NCBI GenBank assembly: GCA_965223345.1
Contig: CBDCWG010000012.1
Location: forward strand, 1,952,001 to 2,016,000
Length of the DNA: 64,000 bases
Reading direction: 5' to 3'
From: Nitrospinales bacterium
Lineage (GTDB): Bacteria; Nitrospinota; Nitrospinia; Nitrospinales; VA-1
The notes beneath the pieces are model-generated. The model ran no database searches. It saw only the letters and a list, made by a program, of their open reading frames with translations, and was not told where the DNA came from. A program made the position numbers and the translations under genes. Positions 45,275 to 57,300 of this stretch are shown here, piece after piece (the first letter of the stretch is position 1; each line of letters opens with the position of its first letter).

Positions 45275-47104
45275 ATGAAATTTCTGAGGTGGCAGGGACT
45301 GGTGGCATTTCTGATTCTCGGGGTGGCGGGCTGGGCTTTCTTTGCGTTGCTTCTCGATGGCCTGATCGAGCGCGGCGTCGAGGAACAGGGTTCCGCGGCG
45401 CTGCAGACCCAGATCGAGGTCGGCAAGGTGAACACATCTCTTCCCAATCAGGCGGCGGAAATCCATGAGCTTGCGGTGGCGGACCCCGACGATCCGATGA
45501 AAAACACGGTGGAGATCGGCGCCATCAAGTTCAACGTCGATGCGGGCCGGGCGGTGTTCAAGAAGGTGATCATCGATGAGATGGTGGTCGATGGCATCAA
45601 GTTGAATCAGAAACGGGAAACACCGGCGAAATCGTTCAAACGGGACGATGCGGAAGGGGAGGGGCCCGATGCGGAGACGGGCGAACCCGGAAAGAAAAAA
45701 TCCGGCCCGTTTGATTTCCTCAAGGACCTTTCGGTGGCGTCTCCGGAAGAGATCCTGAAAAAGGAGAAACTCGAATCGCTGGAAGCGGTGGACGCCACCA
45801 AAAAACAGATCGAGGATCTGAGAGCCAAATGGGAAAAGAAACTGGAGACCGATCTCAACCCTGAAGTGCTGGAGGAGACGAAGAAAAAAATCGAAGCCCT
45901 TCAGGGAAAAACCGGCTCCGGCATCGCCGGCGCCGCGGATGCGCTGCAGGAAGTGCAGAGCATCAAGCAGGAGATCCAGGGCAACATCGACAAGATCGCC
46001 AACCTCAAAAAGGAACTGCAGCAGGATGTGGAATGGGCGAAGAAACGGGTGGCGGAGGTGAAGGCCCTGCCGAAAAAGGATTTCGAGCGGCTCAAAAACA
46101 AGTATTCGCTCGATGTCAAAGGCGGCAGCAACATCCTCGGGACGATTTTCGGCGATGAGATCAAGCAGAAGATCGACCTGTTCTGGCATTACTACGGCAA
46201 GCTCAGCCCCTTCCTCAACCGCGGCGCACAGGAAGAGGGGGGCGAAACCGAAGAAGAGGAAAAAGAAGAGATCCAGTACGAACGCGGTGAAGGGGTGTTC
46301 GTGAAGTTTCCGGAGAAAAACCCGTTCCCGGATTTTCTCGTGCGGCACGCGAAGCTGTCGATGGACCTGTTCGGCACGCAGGTCGCCGGCGACATGAAAG
46401 ATTTGTCCGACAACCAGCGCGCCTACGGCAAACCGGCGGTGATCGACTTCAACTCAGGCCGGAACGAAAAATTCGACAAGTTCGATCTGCAGTTGAAACT
46501 CGACCGCACGAAGCCGGTGTCCAGCGACCTGGTGTTTCTCGACATCGCGGCGTTGAAGCTTGCGGATGCCGCCGCCGGAGACGACATCACGGTGTCCCAG
46601 GGCAGCGCCAACATCAAAAGCTCGTTTTCGATCGCGGGCGAGAAGGACCTGACGGGCGTGCTGAAGGCGGATCTCAGCGGCCTGGCCTTCCAGATGGCGG
46701 AAGCGAAGGACGACGAGGTGTCGCAGATCATCCGCTCGGTGCTGGATTCGGCGAAACAATTCTTTGTGCAGATCGGCATCAAGGGCACGCAGCAGGACTA
46801 CTCCCTCGATATCAAGTCGGATCTCGACGGCATCATCGCAGGCGCGGTGAAAGGGGCGCTTGCGGGCAAGATCGCCGATCTGGAGAAGGGGCTGAAAAAG
46901 TCCATCGCCTCCGCCACCGACGGCCCTCTGGCGAAGGTGAATCAGTCGGTGGGCAAGTTCCTCAAGATCGAAGACGTGCTGGGAGACAAATCCACCGCCT
47001 GGCAGGATCTTTTGCAGGAAGCCACGAAAGGGGCCGTTCCCATTCCCGGCAAGGACAAACTTCCGATCCCCGACGGACTGAAAGGACTCAAGCTGCCGTT
47101 TTAG
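45275..47104 (+). CDS. TIGR03545-family (AsmA-like) protein
   Basis: MKFLRWQGL TM, VADPDDPMKN, long coiled coil, RGEGVFVKF...PDFLVR, IKSDLD. Confidence 0.78.
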   Translation: MKFLRWQGLVAFLILGVAGWAFFALLLDGLIERGVEEQGSAALQTQIEVGKVNTSLPNQAAEIHELAVADPDDPMKNTVEIGAIKFNVDAGRAVFKKVIIDEMVVDGIKLNQKRETPAKSFKRDDAEGEGPDAETGEPGKKKSGPFDFLKDLSVASPEEILKKEKLESLEAVDATKKQIEDLRAKWEKKLETDLNPEVLEETKKKIEALQGKTGSGIAGAADALQEVQSIKQEIQGNIDKIANLKKELQQDVEWAKKRVAEVKALPKKDFERLKNKYSLDVKGGSNILGTIFGDEIKQKIDLFWHYYGKLSPFLNRGAQEEGGETEEEEKEEIQYERGEGVFVKFPEKNPFPDFLVRHAKLSMDLFGTQVAGDMKDLSDNQRAYGKPAVIDFNSGRNEKFDKFDLQLKLDRTKPVSSDLVFLDIAALKLADAAAGDDITVSQGSANIKSSFSIAGEKDLTGVLKADLSGLAFQMAEAKDDEVSQIIRSVLDSAKQFFVQIGIKGTQQDYSLDIKSDLDGIIAGAVKGALAGKIADLEKGLKKSIASATDGPLAKVNQSVGKFLKIEDVLGDKSTAWQDLLQEATKGAVPIPGKDKLPIPDGLKGLKLPF

Positions 47105-47242
47105 CGGGTGCGCTTCTGGTATAATGGGTGTGAACGTTTGGGCATGATGGCCTGTTTTAACGCAACGCACCTTGTGAACGAAAACACCCTGCTCGCCGGA
47201 CGGCATCGGGGCGGGGCGTTTTCAGCCAGGAAAGGAGCTCCC

Positions 47243-48025
47243 ATGCGGACTTGGATGATGGCGGGGTGGATTCTGCTTGCAGGCTGCGCTTCGGTGGTGG
47301 CGCCGCCGGAAAAACTTTCCATCGAACCTTCGGAAATGACGCCCTGGGCCGCCACTGAAGCCTGGGGGCGGGTGCTCGACACCTCGGTGGACTGGCGCGG
47401 ACAGGTGGACATCCGCAAAATCGCCGACAGCCCGCGGGATCTGCATCTGTTCATCGCCTTCATCGCCCAATACAGTCCGAAAAGCCACCCGAAGCTGTTC
47501 CCCACGCTGGAAGATGAGACCGCGTTTTACATCAACTCGTACAACGCGCTGGTTCTGTATGGCATGGTGCTCAACGAATTCCCCCGCGATTTCAATTCCG
47601 CCTACGCGCGCAACCGGTTTTTCCGCGACACACAGTTTCGAATCGGCGGCGAGGACCTCTCGCTGCTGGAGTACGAAAACAGGCGCATCCGGCCGCTCGG
47701 CGATGCGCGGGTTCACTTTGCCTTGACGCCGATGGTGCGTTCGGGGCCGCGGCTTGCGAAAGAACCGTATGAAGGAGACCGCCTCGAACAGCAACTGGAT
47801 GCCGCCGCCCACCGGTTCATCAACGATCCGGGGAACGTGCTGACGCTGGAAAACGAGGAGGTGGTGCGCCTTTCGGAGATGTTCCAGTTTTATGAAGAGG
47901 ATTTTTTGCAGTCCGCAAACGCGCCCTCGCTCATCGCCTATGTCAACCGGTATCGGAAAAAGAAGATCCAGGAACCGAGAAGCGTTCAGTTCATCCCCTT
48001 CGACTGGATGGTCCGCTACTGGTGA
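47243..48025 (+). CDS. DUF547 lipoprotein
   Basis: Lipobox LAGC, AFYINSYNA, DARVHFAL, LEQQLD, FDW. Confidence 0.85.
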   Translation: MRTWMMAGWILLAGCASVVAPPEKLSIEPSEMTPWAATEAWGRVLDTSVDWRGQVDIRKIADSPRDLHLFIAFIAQYSPKSHPKLFPTLEDETAFYINSYNALVLYGMVLNEFPRDFNSAYARNRFFRDTQFRIGGEDLSLLEYENRRIRPLGDARVHFALTPMVRSGPRLAKEPYEGDRLEQQLDAAAHRFINDPGNVLTLENEEVVRLSEMFQFYEEDFLQSANAPSLIAYVNRYRKKKIQEPRSVQFIPFDWMVRYW

Positions 48026-48677
48026 CGGGGCGGCTGCCGTCCTCATCGTTTTCGTTGCGGGCCTGCTGTTTTCTTCTCCTGTCTGCGCCGAACCGGATCC
48101 GATGGTCTCCATTCCGCAGGGTTCCTTTTTCATGGGCGACAGCACTTCTTCCTCCAAACTCAAAGAAGTGGTGCTTGAAGAATTCCGCATGGATGTGCAC
48201 GAAGTCACCAACCGGCAATACGGCGCGTTGATCGCAACGCACACCTACCGTCCCGGTGCGGCGGAGCACCCGGTGACCGATGTGAGCTGGCAGGAAGCCC
48301 GGCGCTACTGCGAGCGGGCCGGTAAGCGGCTCCCTTCTGAAGCGGAATGGGAGAAGGCGGCGCGCGGCACCGATAAGCGCATCTATCCCTGGGGCGCGAA
48401 AGCGCCGAAGAAAAAACCGCATCCCTATTATTCCGGGCTCATCAAGCGCCGGGTGGGGCTCAACCGGGTGGATGTGTCTTTTTACGGCCTGCGCGACATG
48501 GGCGGTTCGGTCTGGGAGTGGACGGGAAAAAAGGAAGAGGGCAAGATCGTGGTGCGGGGCGGGTTGTGGAACCTGCATCTGGATTACGAATACAGCCGCA
48601 CCTTCGACCGCAACCGGATCGCGCCTGAGAGCCGCTTCCCCTTCCTGGGGTTTCGCTGCGCCCAGTCGCCGCCTTGA
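48022..48677 (+). CDS. Formylglycine-generating enzyme (SUMF1/FGE-sulfatase) domain protein; 5' end ambiguous
   Basis: HEVTN, HPVTDVSW, RLPSEAEWEKAARG, DMGGSVWEW, GFRCA. Confidence 0.8.
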
Positions 48678-48727
48678 GCGTGAGCGAGCCGGTGCATTGC
48701 ATCCGGCTCAGAAAGGATGGTTTGAAG

Positions 48728-49462
48728 ATGGCATTGTGGACGCGCCGTTTTTTCCTCACCCGCTTCGCTACGCTCGCAGGCGTGCTGGCGTCTCAGCTGC
48801 TGGGCAGGCCTTTGCGGGGCTGGAGCGCGGAGACGGATGAATTTGCGGGCAGCGACTTTGTCGGCAAGACGCGCAAAGGCCGCTACCGGAAGTTTTACAT
48901 CAACTTCTGGAAACCCATGCGCCGCATCCGTCCCGAGCGCTGGCGGCTCGAGGTGCTCGGGCTTTGCGAGCAGCCGCAGTCGTTCGATCTGAACGCGATC
49001 CGCTCGTTTGCGAAAAAGGCGCGCAACTCCCGGCTCAAATGCGTGGAGTGCTGGTCGGCGCGGGCGCACTGGCAGGGGTTCGCGTTCTCGGAGATCGCTG
49101 AACGCGTGCGCCCGTTGCCGGAGGCGAACGGCGTGGTGTTTCACTGTGCCGACGCTTACGTGGAGCACCTTTCGCTGGAAACGCTCACGCGGCAGGAAGT
49201 GCTGCTCGCGACCCACATGAACGGCGAGCCGTTGACGGACGAACACGGGTTTCCGCTGCGGGTCATCGCTCCCTTCAAATACGGCTATAAAAACCCCAAG
49301 TCGATTCTGAAGATGGAATTCGTCACCGAGGTGCGGTACGGGACCTGGAGCAAGATCGGACCCTATTCGCCGGATGGCACCATCCTTCCCGGCATCGACC
49401 ATCCCCTGGAGCGCGACAAAAAACCGCACCGGATCCCCGGAGGCGAAGTGCTGGATTACTGA
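48728..49462 (+). CDS. Tat-exported molybdopterin oxidoreductase (MsrP/sulfite-oxidase family)
   Basis: TRRFFL twin-Arg signal, CVECWS, NGEPLTDEHGFPLR, KYGYKNPK. Confidence 0.85.
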   Translation: MALWTRRFFLTRFATLAGVLASQLLGRPLRGWSAETDEFAGSDFVGKTRKGRYRKFYINFWKPMRRIRPERWRLEVLGLCEQPQSFDLNAIRSFAKKARNSRLKCVECWSARAHWQGFAFSEIAERVRPLPEANGVVFHCADAYVEHLSLETLTRQEVLLATHMNGEPLTDEHGFPLRVIAPFKYGYKNPKSILKMEFVTEVRYGTWSKIGPYSPDGTILPGIDHPLERDKKPHRIPGGEVLDY

Positions 49463-50601
49463 CTTTCCGCTTTCAGGTCTTTCTTCACGATGAGGTAGGA
49501 CTTGTAGGGATCGGCGTTCAGGCTTTTCAGGATGTTGATCATGACCGTGTTGTCCTCGAGAATCCAGGACATCTCCAGATTGCGCAACTGGTCGGTGGTT
49601 TTGGTCCGGGAGTTCTGGATCATCCGCTGGTAGAGCAGGATGTCGAGTCCCTGATTGCGAAACCGGCTCTTGACCCCCATGAGCAGAATCCTTCCCGTTT
49701 TGATGTATCTGCGGAAGCTGAGGAGCTTGAAAAAACCGGTGGGGAACAGCCGGCCATCGGGAATCTGCGACAGCACCTCGTTCATGTCGGGCAGGGCCAG
49801 CAGAAACGCCGCCGGTTCGTCGTCCTTATAAAGAATGTAAATGAAATTGGTGTCCGCGAACAGTTTGAGCTGGCTGGCCATGAGGTCGATTTCCTCGTCG
49901 GTCATCGGCACGAATCCCCAGTTTTTGTTCCAGGCTTCGTTGTAGATCTCGAGGATCACCTTCAACTGGGATTTCAGGTCGTTCAGATCGAAATTGCGGA
50001 TCTGCACCGTATCGCCCAGCTCTTTGGAAACCCTGCGAGCCATGGTGGTGAACAGGCCGGGGATCTCCGTCTCCTTGTTCATGAAAAACGCCAGCAGCTC
50101 CTTTTCCTTCTCATAGCCCAGTTCCTTAAGCAGGCCGGGATAGTATTTGTGGGTGTAGGGCATCATGATGGCCGGCGGTCTCTCGAACCCGCGGATCAGA
50201 AAGCCGATCTCGTGATTGGTCGAGAAATTGAACGGACCCATGACGGAATCCATCTGCCTCGATTGCAGCCAGGCTTCCGCCGCCTGCATGAGCTTTTGCG
50301 CGACTTCTTTGCTTTCAATGGCTTCAAAGAAGCCGAAGAACCCCTGCCGGGTGTTGTAGTACTTGTTGAAGATCGCATCGATGTGCGCGGTCACCCTTCC
50401 AACCGGAGTTTTCCCCTCGTAAGCCACAAAATAGGCGACCTCGCTGTGGCGCATGAACGGATTTTCCGCACTGAAGAATTTTTTCCGTTCCATTCTCAGG
50501 GGCGGGCACCAGTGCGGCGCATTCCGATAGAGAGAGTAGGGCAGGCCGATGAAATCTTTCATTCCCTTGCGATCTTCATCGACCTGTTTCACAATCACCA
50601 T
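49456..50601 (-). CDS. Tandem-GNAT acyltransferase of the YghO/bacterial ceramide synthase (bCerS) type
   Basis: FIGLPYSLY...WCPPL...NPF...GRVTA...GFFGFFE...GPFNFSTNHEIG...MMPY...NWGFVP...LPDMN...EMSWILEDN. Confidence 0.78.
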   Translation of the reverse strand: MVIVKQVDEDRKGMKDFIGLPYSLYRNAPHWCPPLRMERKKFFSAENPFMRHSEVAYFVAYEGKTPVGRVTAHIDAIFNKYYNTRQGFFGFFEAIESKEVAQKLMQAAEAWLQSRQMDSVMGPFNFSTNHEIGFLIRGFERPPAIMMPYTHKYYPGLLKELGYEKEKELLAFFMNKETEIPGLFTTMARRVSKELGDTVQIRNFDLNDLKSQLKVILEIYNEAWNKNWGFVPMTDEEIDLMASQLKLFADTNFIYILYKDDEPAAFLLALPDMNEVLSQIPDGRLFPTGFFKLLSFRRYIKTGRILLMGVKSRFRNQGLDILLYQRMIQNSRTKTTDQLRNLEMSWILEDNTVMINILKSLNADPYKSYLIVKKDLKAESQ

Positions 50602-51322
50602 GCAAAGGCTCCAAATGTGTTACATTGCTTGAATCGGATTGTGGCTGGGGGCAATTTCAAACGAGCGTCAAAAATTTCGGGATCTTTCACAGGGGGCGGA
50701 GAAACGCTAAATAATTAAAATGGCTTCAATAATTAATTTGATTTTCAGTAGTTCGAACATTTAAAATATGCCCCTCATTGGGCCGGAGGTTCCTGATTCG
50801 TGGCAGGAAACATTCCAAAGACGGCACGCGATGCGATCGAACCTTCTGATTCCGAAAAATATCAAACGTATTTGATTTTGCCCCCTCCTTTGCAGGGCTG
50901 AATTTCCCGGAGGAAACCCATGCGCCCCAACCCCGAAATCGTTACCTGAAATGGACCGGTCTTCAGGATTCGGATAAAAACCCTTCGCGCGGGTCGGACG
51001 GATTGAGAGGCTTTGTTGCCAACACGGATTGGAACCGAATTCAAACAGGAACCGTTGCTTCGTCTTTTTGCAGCTCTTGTGAACGCGTGTCATCCCTGGA
51101 GGGAACCGAAGCCGGGTCCGAATTTGCATTGGCGCTGATCGATCAAATTGAAACAGGATCCGGGTGAATCCACCCGGTTCAGGATGGCCTGGCCGCCCAT
51201 ATTTGAGGAGACCCCGATACCGTTAAACGAATCCGAAATAAAAGTAAAGCTAAATTTTCCAAGAGGACCCGCATCGCCCGCTCAAGCTCAAACGAATATC
51301 AATCCGTTTCATTTCCGGTCTC

Positions 51323-54300
51323 ATGAACGCAATCAACAAAAAGAAACATGACGGCGGTCTCAAAATGGAACCCATAGCCATCGTCGGAACCGGATGCCGG
51401 TTACCCGGCGGAGCGAACAGCCCCGAGGCGTACTGGGATTTGCTGGCCAACGGGAGAGACGCCATCACGGAAATCCCTGCGGACCGGTGGAACGCCGAGG
51501 CCTTTTACAGCCCCAATCCCAAAGCACCGGGGAAAACCGTTTCCCGCTGGGGCGGGTTCATCGATCAGATCGACCGGTTTGACGCCCGGTTTTTCGGGAT
51601 TTCCCCGCGCGAAGCGGTGCACATGGACCCGCAGCAGAGGATTCTGCTGGAATGCGTCTGGCAGGCTCTGGAAAACGGCGGACTGGTGCCCGAAGCACTC
51701 GCCGGGACCGCCACGGGGGTGTTCATCGGTATTTCCGGAATGGAATACAGCAACCTCGTGAAGCTGGACCTGCACCGCATCGACGGTCACACCGGAACCG
51801 GGGTCGCCTTGAGCGTGTCCGCCAACCGGATTTCCTACCTCTTCGACTTGAAAGGCCCCAGCATGGTCGTCGATACGGCCTGCTCGTCCTCGCTGGTGGC
51901 GGTGCATCTTGCCTGCCGCAGCATCTGGAACGGGGAATCGACGCTGGCGCTGGCGGGGGGCGTGAATGCGATCCTGGCGCCGGACGTCACAGTCACTCTG
52001 GGCAAGGGCGGGATGCTGTCCCCGGACGGGCGCTGCAAGTCGTTCGATGCGGACGGCAACGGCTATGTACGCGGCGAAGGGGCGGGCATCGTGGTGCTCA
52101 AACCTCTGAGCCGGGCTCTCGAAGATGAAGATCCGGTGCAGGCGGTCATCCTGTCCACCGTGTCGAATCAGGACGGCCACACCACGGGCATGCCGGTTCC
52201 GGATCAGGACGCGCAGAAGCGCATGCTGCGCGACGCCTGCCGCAACGCCGGGATTTTGCCGCACCAGATCCAGTACATCGAAGCGCACGGCACCGGAACG
52301 CCGGTCGGCGATCCCATCGAAGCCAACGCACAGGGGGAGGTCCTGGCGGAAAACCGCGAGGACGGAGCGCCCTGCTACATGGGCAGCGTCAAAACCAACA
52401 TCGGCCACCTGGAGTCGGCTTCCGGCGTCGCCAGTCTCATCAAAGTGGTTCTGGCGCTGCAACACCGGCAGATTCCTCCCAACCTGCATTTCAATCGTCC
52501 CAACCCCAACATTCAGTTCGAGGTGCACCGGCTGCAGATCCCGCAGGCCCTGACACCCTGGCCCAATGGCGCCGGACCCTGCCTGGCCGGAGTCAATTCC
52601 TTCGGGTTCGGCGGCACCAACGCCAACGTGTTGCTCAAGGAAGCGCCGCAAAAACCGGCTCCATTTCCCATGCCGGAAGCACTGCGCGCAAAGCCGGTGC
52701 ATTTTCTGCCGGTGTCGGCCCGCAGTTTCGAAGCGCTCAAGGAGTTTGCGGTCCGCTACGACGACTTTCTTGCCAAGGAGGAAAACCAGAGCGAATCCTC
52801 GCTTTACAATATCTGCTACAGCGCCGGGGTGCGCCGCGGACACCAGGACTACCGGCTTGCGGTGACGGGAGAATCGGCCGGGCAGATCCGCGAGGGCTTG
52901 CAGGCGTTCGTCAAGCAGGAGAAACGGCCGCAATGGACCTCCGGCCGCAAACCGCGCGGCACGGTGACGCGGCCGGCGTTTGTGTTTTCCGGTCAGGGGC
53001 CACAGTGGTGGGCGATGGGGCGGCAGCTGCTGGAGTCGGAGCCGGTTTTCAACGACGTCATTCAGCAATGCGACTCCCTGTTCCGCCGTCATGCGGACTG
53101 GTCTTTGTTAAAGGAATTGACCGCCAGCGAGGCGGACACCCGCATTCATGAAACCTGCATCACGCAGCCTGCGATGTTTGCCCTGCAGGTGGGGCTTGCG
53201 GCTCTGTGGCGTTCCTGGGGCGTCGAGCCGGGAGCGGTGGTCGGGCACAGCGTCGGTGAAGCGGCGGCGGCGTATGTGGCGGGAATCTACAGCCTCGAGG
53301 ATGCGGTGCGCATCATCTTTCACCGGGGACGGCTGCTGCACCCCATGTATGGAAAGGGCAAGATGGCGGTGGTCGGGTTGCCTCCGCAGGAAGCGCGGCA
53401 GGCGCTCAAGGGTTACGAGAATAAAATTTCCATCGCCGCGGTCAACAGTCCCAAATCCGTCACCCTTTCCGGCGATCCGCAAGCCCTGGACGCTGTGATC
53501 GGGCCGTTGCAGGAAAAAGAGGTCTTCTGCCGCTACCTGAAAGTGCATTACGCGTTTCACAGCCACCAGATGGAGCCGGCGCGCAAAGGACTGTTGGAAT
53601 CCATACAAGGCATCCGCCCGCAATCGGGAAGCGTTCCTTTTTATTCTACCGTGCGCGGCGCGCGGCTGGAAGGCGAGGCCCTGGGTCCGGATTACTGGTG
53701 GGACAATGTGCGCCAGCCGGTGCTGTTTTACAAAGCCATCGAACACATGATCGACGACGAGAGCGACGTGTTCCTCGAGGTGGGGCCGCATCCGGTGCTC
53801 AGCGCCAACATCTCGGAATGCTTTTCGCGGATGAAGCGGCAGGGCGTGGTGCTGCCGTCGCTCAGGCACAACGAAAACGACCGCAAGGTGCTGCTCGGCT
53901 CGCTCGGCAACCTGTACTGCCGCGGCCAGGCTGTGGACTGGAAAAACGTGTATCCGCACGGCGGGCAGTGCGTGTCGCTGCCGTATTATCCCTGGCAGCG
54001 GGAGCGGTTCTGGCACGAGCGCGACGAAAAGGGCGTGGACCCGTTTGCGGACAACGTGCATCCATTTCTCGGCCGCAAGATGGAAAATGCGGAATCGTCC
54101 TGGCAGGCGCGGGTGGACCGGCGGGAACACACCTACCTCGGTGATCACAACGTCAAGGGGGCGATGGTGTTCCCCGGAGCCGGGCTCATCGAGCTCGGGC
54201 TGGCCGCCGCAAGCCACCGTTTCGAGGACTCGGCGTGGACCCTCGGTGCGATCGAATTTCACAACGCCCTGATCCTTCCCCGCAACCGCGGCGTGAAGAT

Positions 54301-57300
54301 CCAGACCACGCTCGACCCGGTGGATTCCTCGATCAAGGTCCACAGTCTGTCCGACAAGGCTCAGTCCCTGTGGACCCTGCATGCGAGCGGAACGGTGGAA
54401 GCGCTGACCGGTCCCAGGGTGTGCACGGTGGACCCTGAGGAAATCAAAGCCCGCTGCGCGCAAGAAGTGTCGGTGGACGAGCTGTACGGCGATTTCGAAC
54501 GCATCGGCCTGAGTTACGGCCCGGCGTTCCGCGGCATTGCCCGTTGCTGGAAAGGAGAGGGCGAGGCGCTGGGCAGGATCGAGAAACCCGCGGAACTGGA
54601 ATCGGAGACGGCGGCCTACCACCTGCATCCCGCCATTCTGGATGCGGGGTTTCAGGTTTCGGCGCTGCTCGTTTCCGATGCGGACGCTGCCCTCAAAAAA
54701 CTGTTTCTGCCGGTGGGCGTCGATAAGGTGCATTTTTACGGCTCACCGCCGCAATCCTTGTGGGCGCATGTGAAAAAAATCCGCTTCAACGCCCACATGG
54801 CGGAACTGGATGTGCGCCTGTTCGACGATTCGGGCCGGGTCTGGGCGGAATGCCTGGGGCTCAAGTGCCGGGCGGTCGAAGGGCCGAAAACCCGGGACCT
54901 GGACAATCCGGAAAACTGGCTGTACGAATGGCAGTGGGAACCGGCCGATGAAAAAGGCTCAGCTGGCCTCTTGGATGCGGGCGAGGCGCTTCCCTCCATT
55001 GAAGAGGTGGTGCGTGCGGTCGAGGCCGAACCGCAACCGGGCCCTGCGAATTCTTATTCCGAGACGGTGAAGCCCGAGCTGGACGGGCTGGCGGCATCCT
55101 ATATCCAGAAGGCGTTCAAGGATCTCGGCGGCAGCCTGAAGGATTGCGCCGCCTACTCGAACGGGGCGCTGGAACAGTTCCTGATGCTGGACCAGGGGGC
55201 GTCGTCGGTGCTGGAGCCGGGCATCAAAATCCTGAAAGACGGCAACATTCTCGTTTATAAAGAAGACCGCTGGACGACGAACGGCGCGCATGCCCAGGAA
55301 GACCCGCAAACCCTGTGGCGGTCGTTGATCCGCAAATTCCCCGGATACCTGCCCGAACTGAACCTGATCCGCACGCTGGGCGAAAACTATGGCCGGATTT
55401 TGAAGGGCGAGGTCGAGGGCGTGCTGCAGTTGCTTCCCGAGACCGACCCGGTCTGGGAGCATTTCTTTCAGGACGCCCACAGCGTCCAGAACAGCAACCG
55501 CATCGTCCGCAAAATCGCGGCGCACATCGCCGATTCACTGCCGGCGGATCGCAAGCTCCGGATTCTGGAAATCGGCGGCGCCTCGGCGGGGCTGACCACG
55601 CACGTTCTCGGCGGGCTGGATCCTGAAAAAGTGGAATACGTGTTCTCCGACCCGGACGAAAAGTGGGTGGAGAAGGCGCGGCAGAAGTTCCGCGAATATC
55701 CGTTCGTGGACTGCCGGGTTGGCGATCTGAGCGATGATTCCAGCGGGCTGGAGACGCACGGGTACGATTTGATCCTCGCTTCCTTCCTGCAGCCGGGTTC
55801 GGACCCGACCGGGGAGGATCTGCAACACATCAAACGCCTGTTGTCCTCGCAAGGGCTGTTGCTTTGTCTGGGAAAAACCCAGGCGGCGGGCTGGCAGGAT
55901 TGGGTGCTCCGGACCCGTTCTAAAAAACACTCGCTTGCAGAACCGGAAAAACTGGAAGAGCAGCTCGCGCAGGCGGGCTTTGCCGCCCCGACCTGCCTGA
56001 GCCCGGAAAACGCCGCCCGCTCTCAGGAGCAGACCGTCATCCTGGCTCAGGGGCCCAAACTGGCCGAGCCGGTCAGCGTCAAAAAGCCCGGCCATGTGAA
56101 ACCGAAAACGCCCGGCAGCTGGGTTCTCTTCTGCGACGAACAGGGTGAAGGCGAACGCCTGGCGGATCTGTTGCATCAAGCGGGCGAGCGGTGCCTGCTG
56201 GTGCGGCCGGATGACAGCTTCAAGAAACAGGATGCGCGCCGGGTCACAATCCGGCCGGAATGCCTGGAAGACATGGAACCGCTGCTCGATCTGGCCACAC
56301 AGGAAGGCGGCCGATTGCGCGGCGTGGTGCATTTGTGGGGCCTGGATTTTCCCGCACCCGCGAAACTCAATGCCGCATCGCTTGAAACCGCGGAAGCGCA
56401 GGGGAATCTCTGCATCGTGCATCTGGTCAACGAGCTGGCGCACAACAACTGGGAAGAAGCGCCGCGCTTGTTTCTCGTGACCCGGGGAAGCCAGGATGCG
56501 GGGCATGCCGGACCCGGACTTTCTGTGGCGCAGGCTCCGATCTGGGGACTGGGGCAGGTCGTGCAATCCGAACATCCCAATCTGCGCTGCCGGCTGGTGG
56601 ACCTGGACCCGAAAAACCGGGATACAGAAACCCTGTTCGAAGAAATTTTTCTGGAAGAGGCTGCGGAAGAGGTCGCCCACCGGCAAGGGCGGCGCTATGT
56701 GCGCCGGCTGGTGCGGCCCAAACCGAGTTACCTCAACATCGACAACCCCGCGTCTGCGGGAGCGGAATCGCCTGCGTACCGGCTGGAAATCGGCGCGCCG
56801 GGCATTCTGGACGATTTCAAGGTCGTGCCGCACAGCCGCAAACCGCCGGGACGCGGTGAGGTCGAAATCCAGGTGCAGGCGGCCGGTGTCAATTTCCGCG
56901 ATGTGATGATCGCCATGGGCATGCTGCCCGGCGAGCTGGAAGGGGTGAACGAGGCCTGGGAAACGCTGGGGCTCGAATGCGCGGGCCGCGTCAGTGCGGT
57001 CGGCGAAGGCGTCGAGGAATTCAAGCCCGGCGATGCGGTGCTCTCGCTGTGCGGAGGCGGCGCTTTCGGCTCCCACGTCACCGTCCCGGCGTTCGCAACC
57101 GTTTTGAAACCGGAGCGATTGAGTTTTGAAGATGCGGCCACTGTGCCGGTGACCTTTCTGACCGCCTGGTACATGCTGCACCGGGCGGGCCGGCTGCGCG
57201 CGGGCGAGCGCGTGCTGATCCACGCCGCTGCGGGCGGTGTGGGGCTGGCGGCGGTGCAGGTCGCCCAGCTGGCGGGCGCGGAGGTGTACGCCACGGCGGG

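Noticed and set aside
50602..51322. Hidden gene or RNA in the 720-bp divergent spacer between the GNAT and the PKS
   Set aside because: Only short motif-less ORFs and one small hairpin (ccgggtg-aatc-cacccgg); best read as a divergent promoter region
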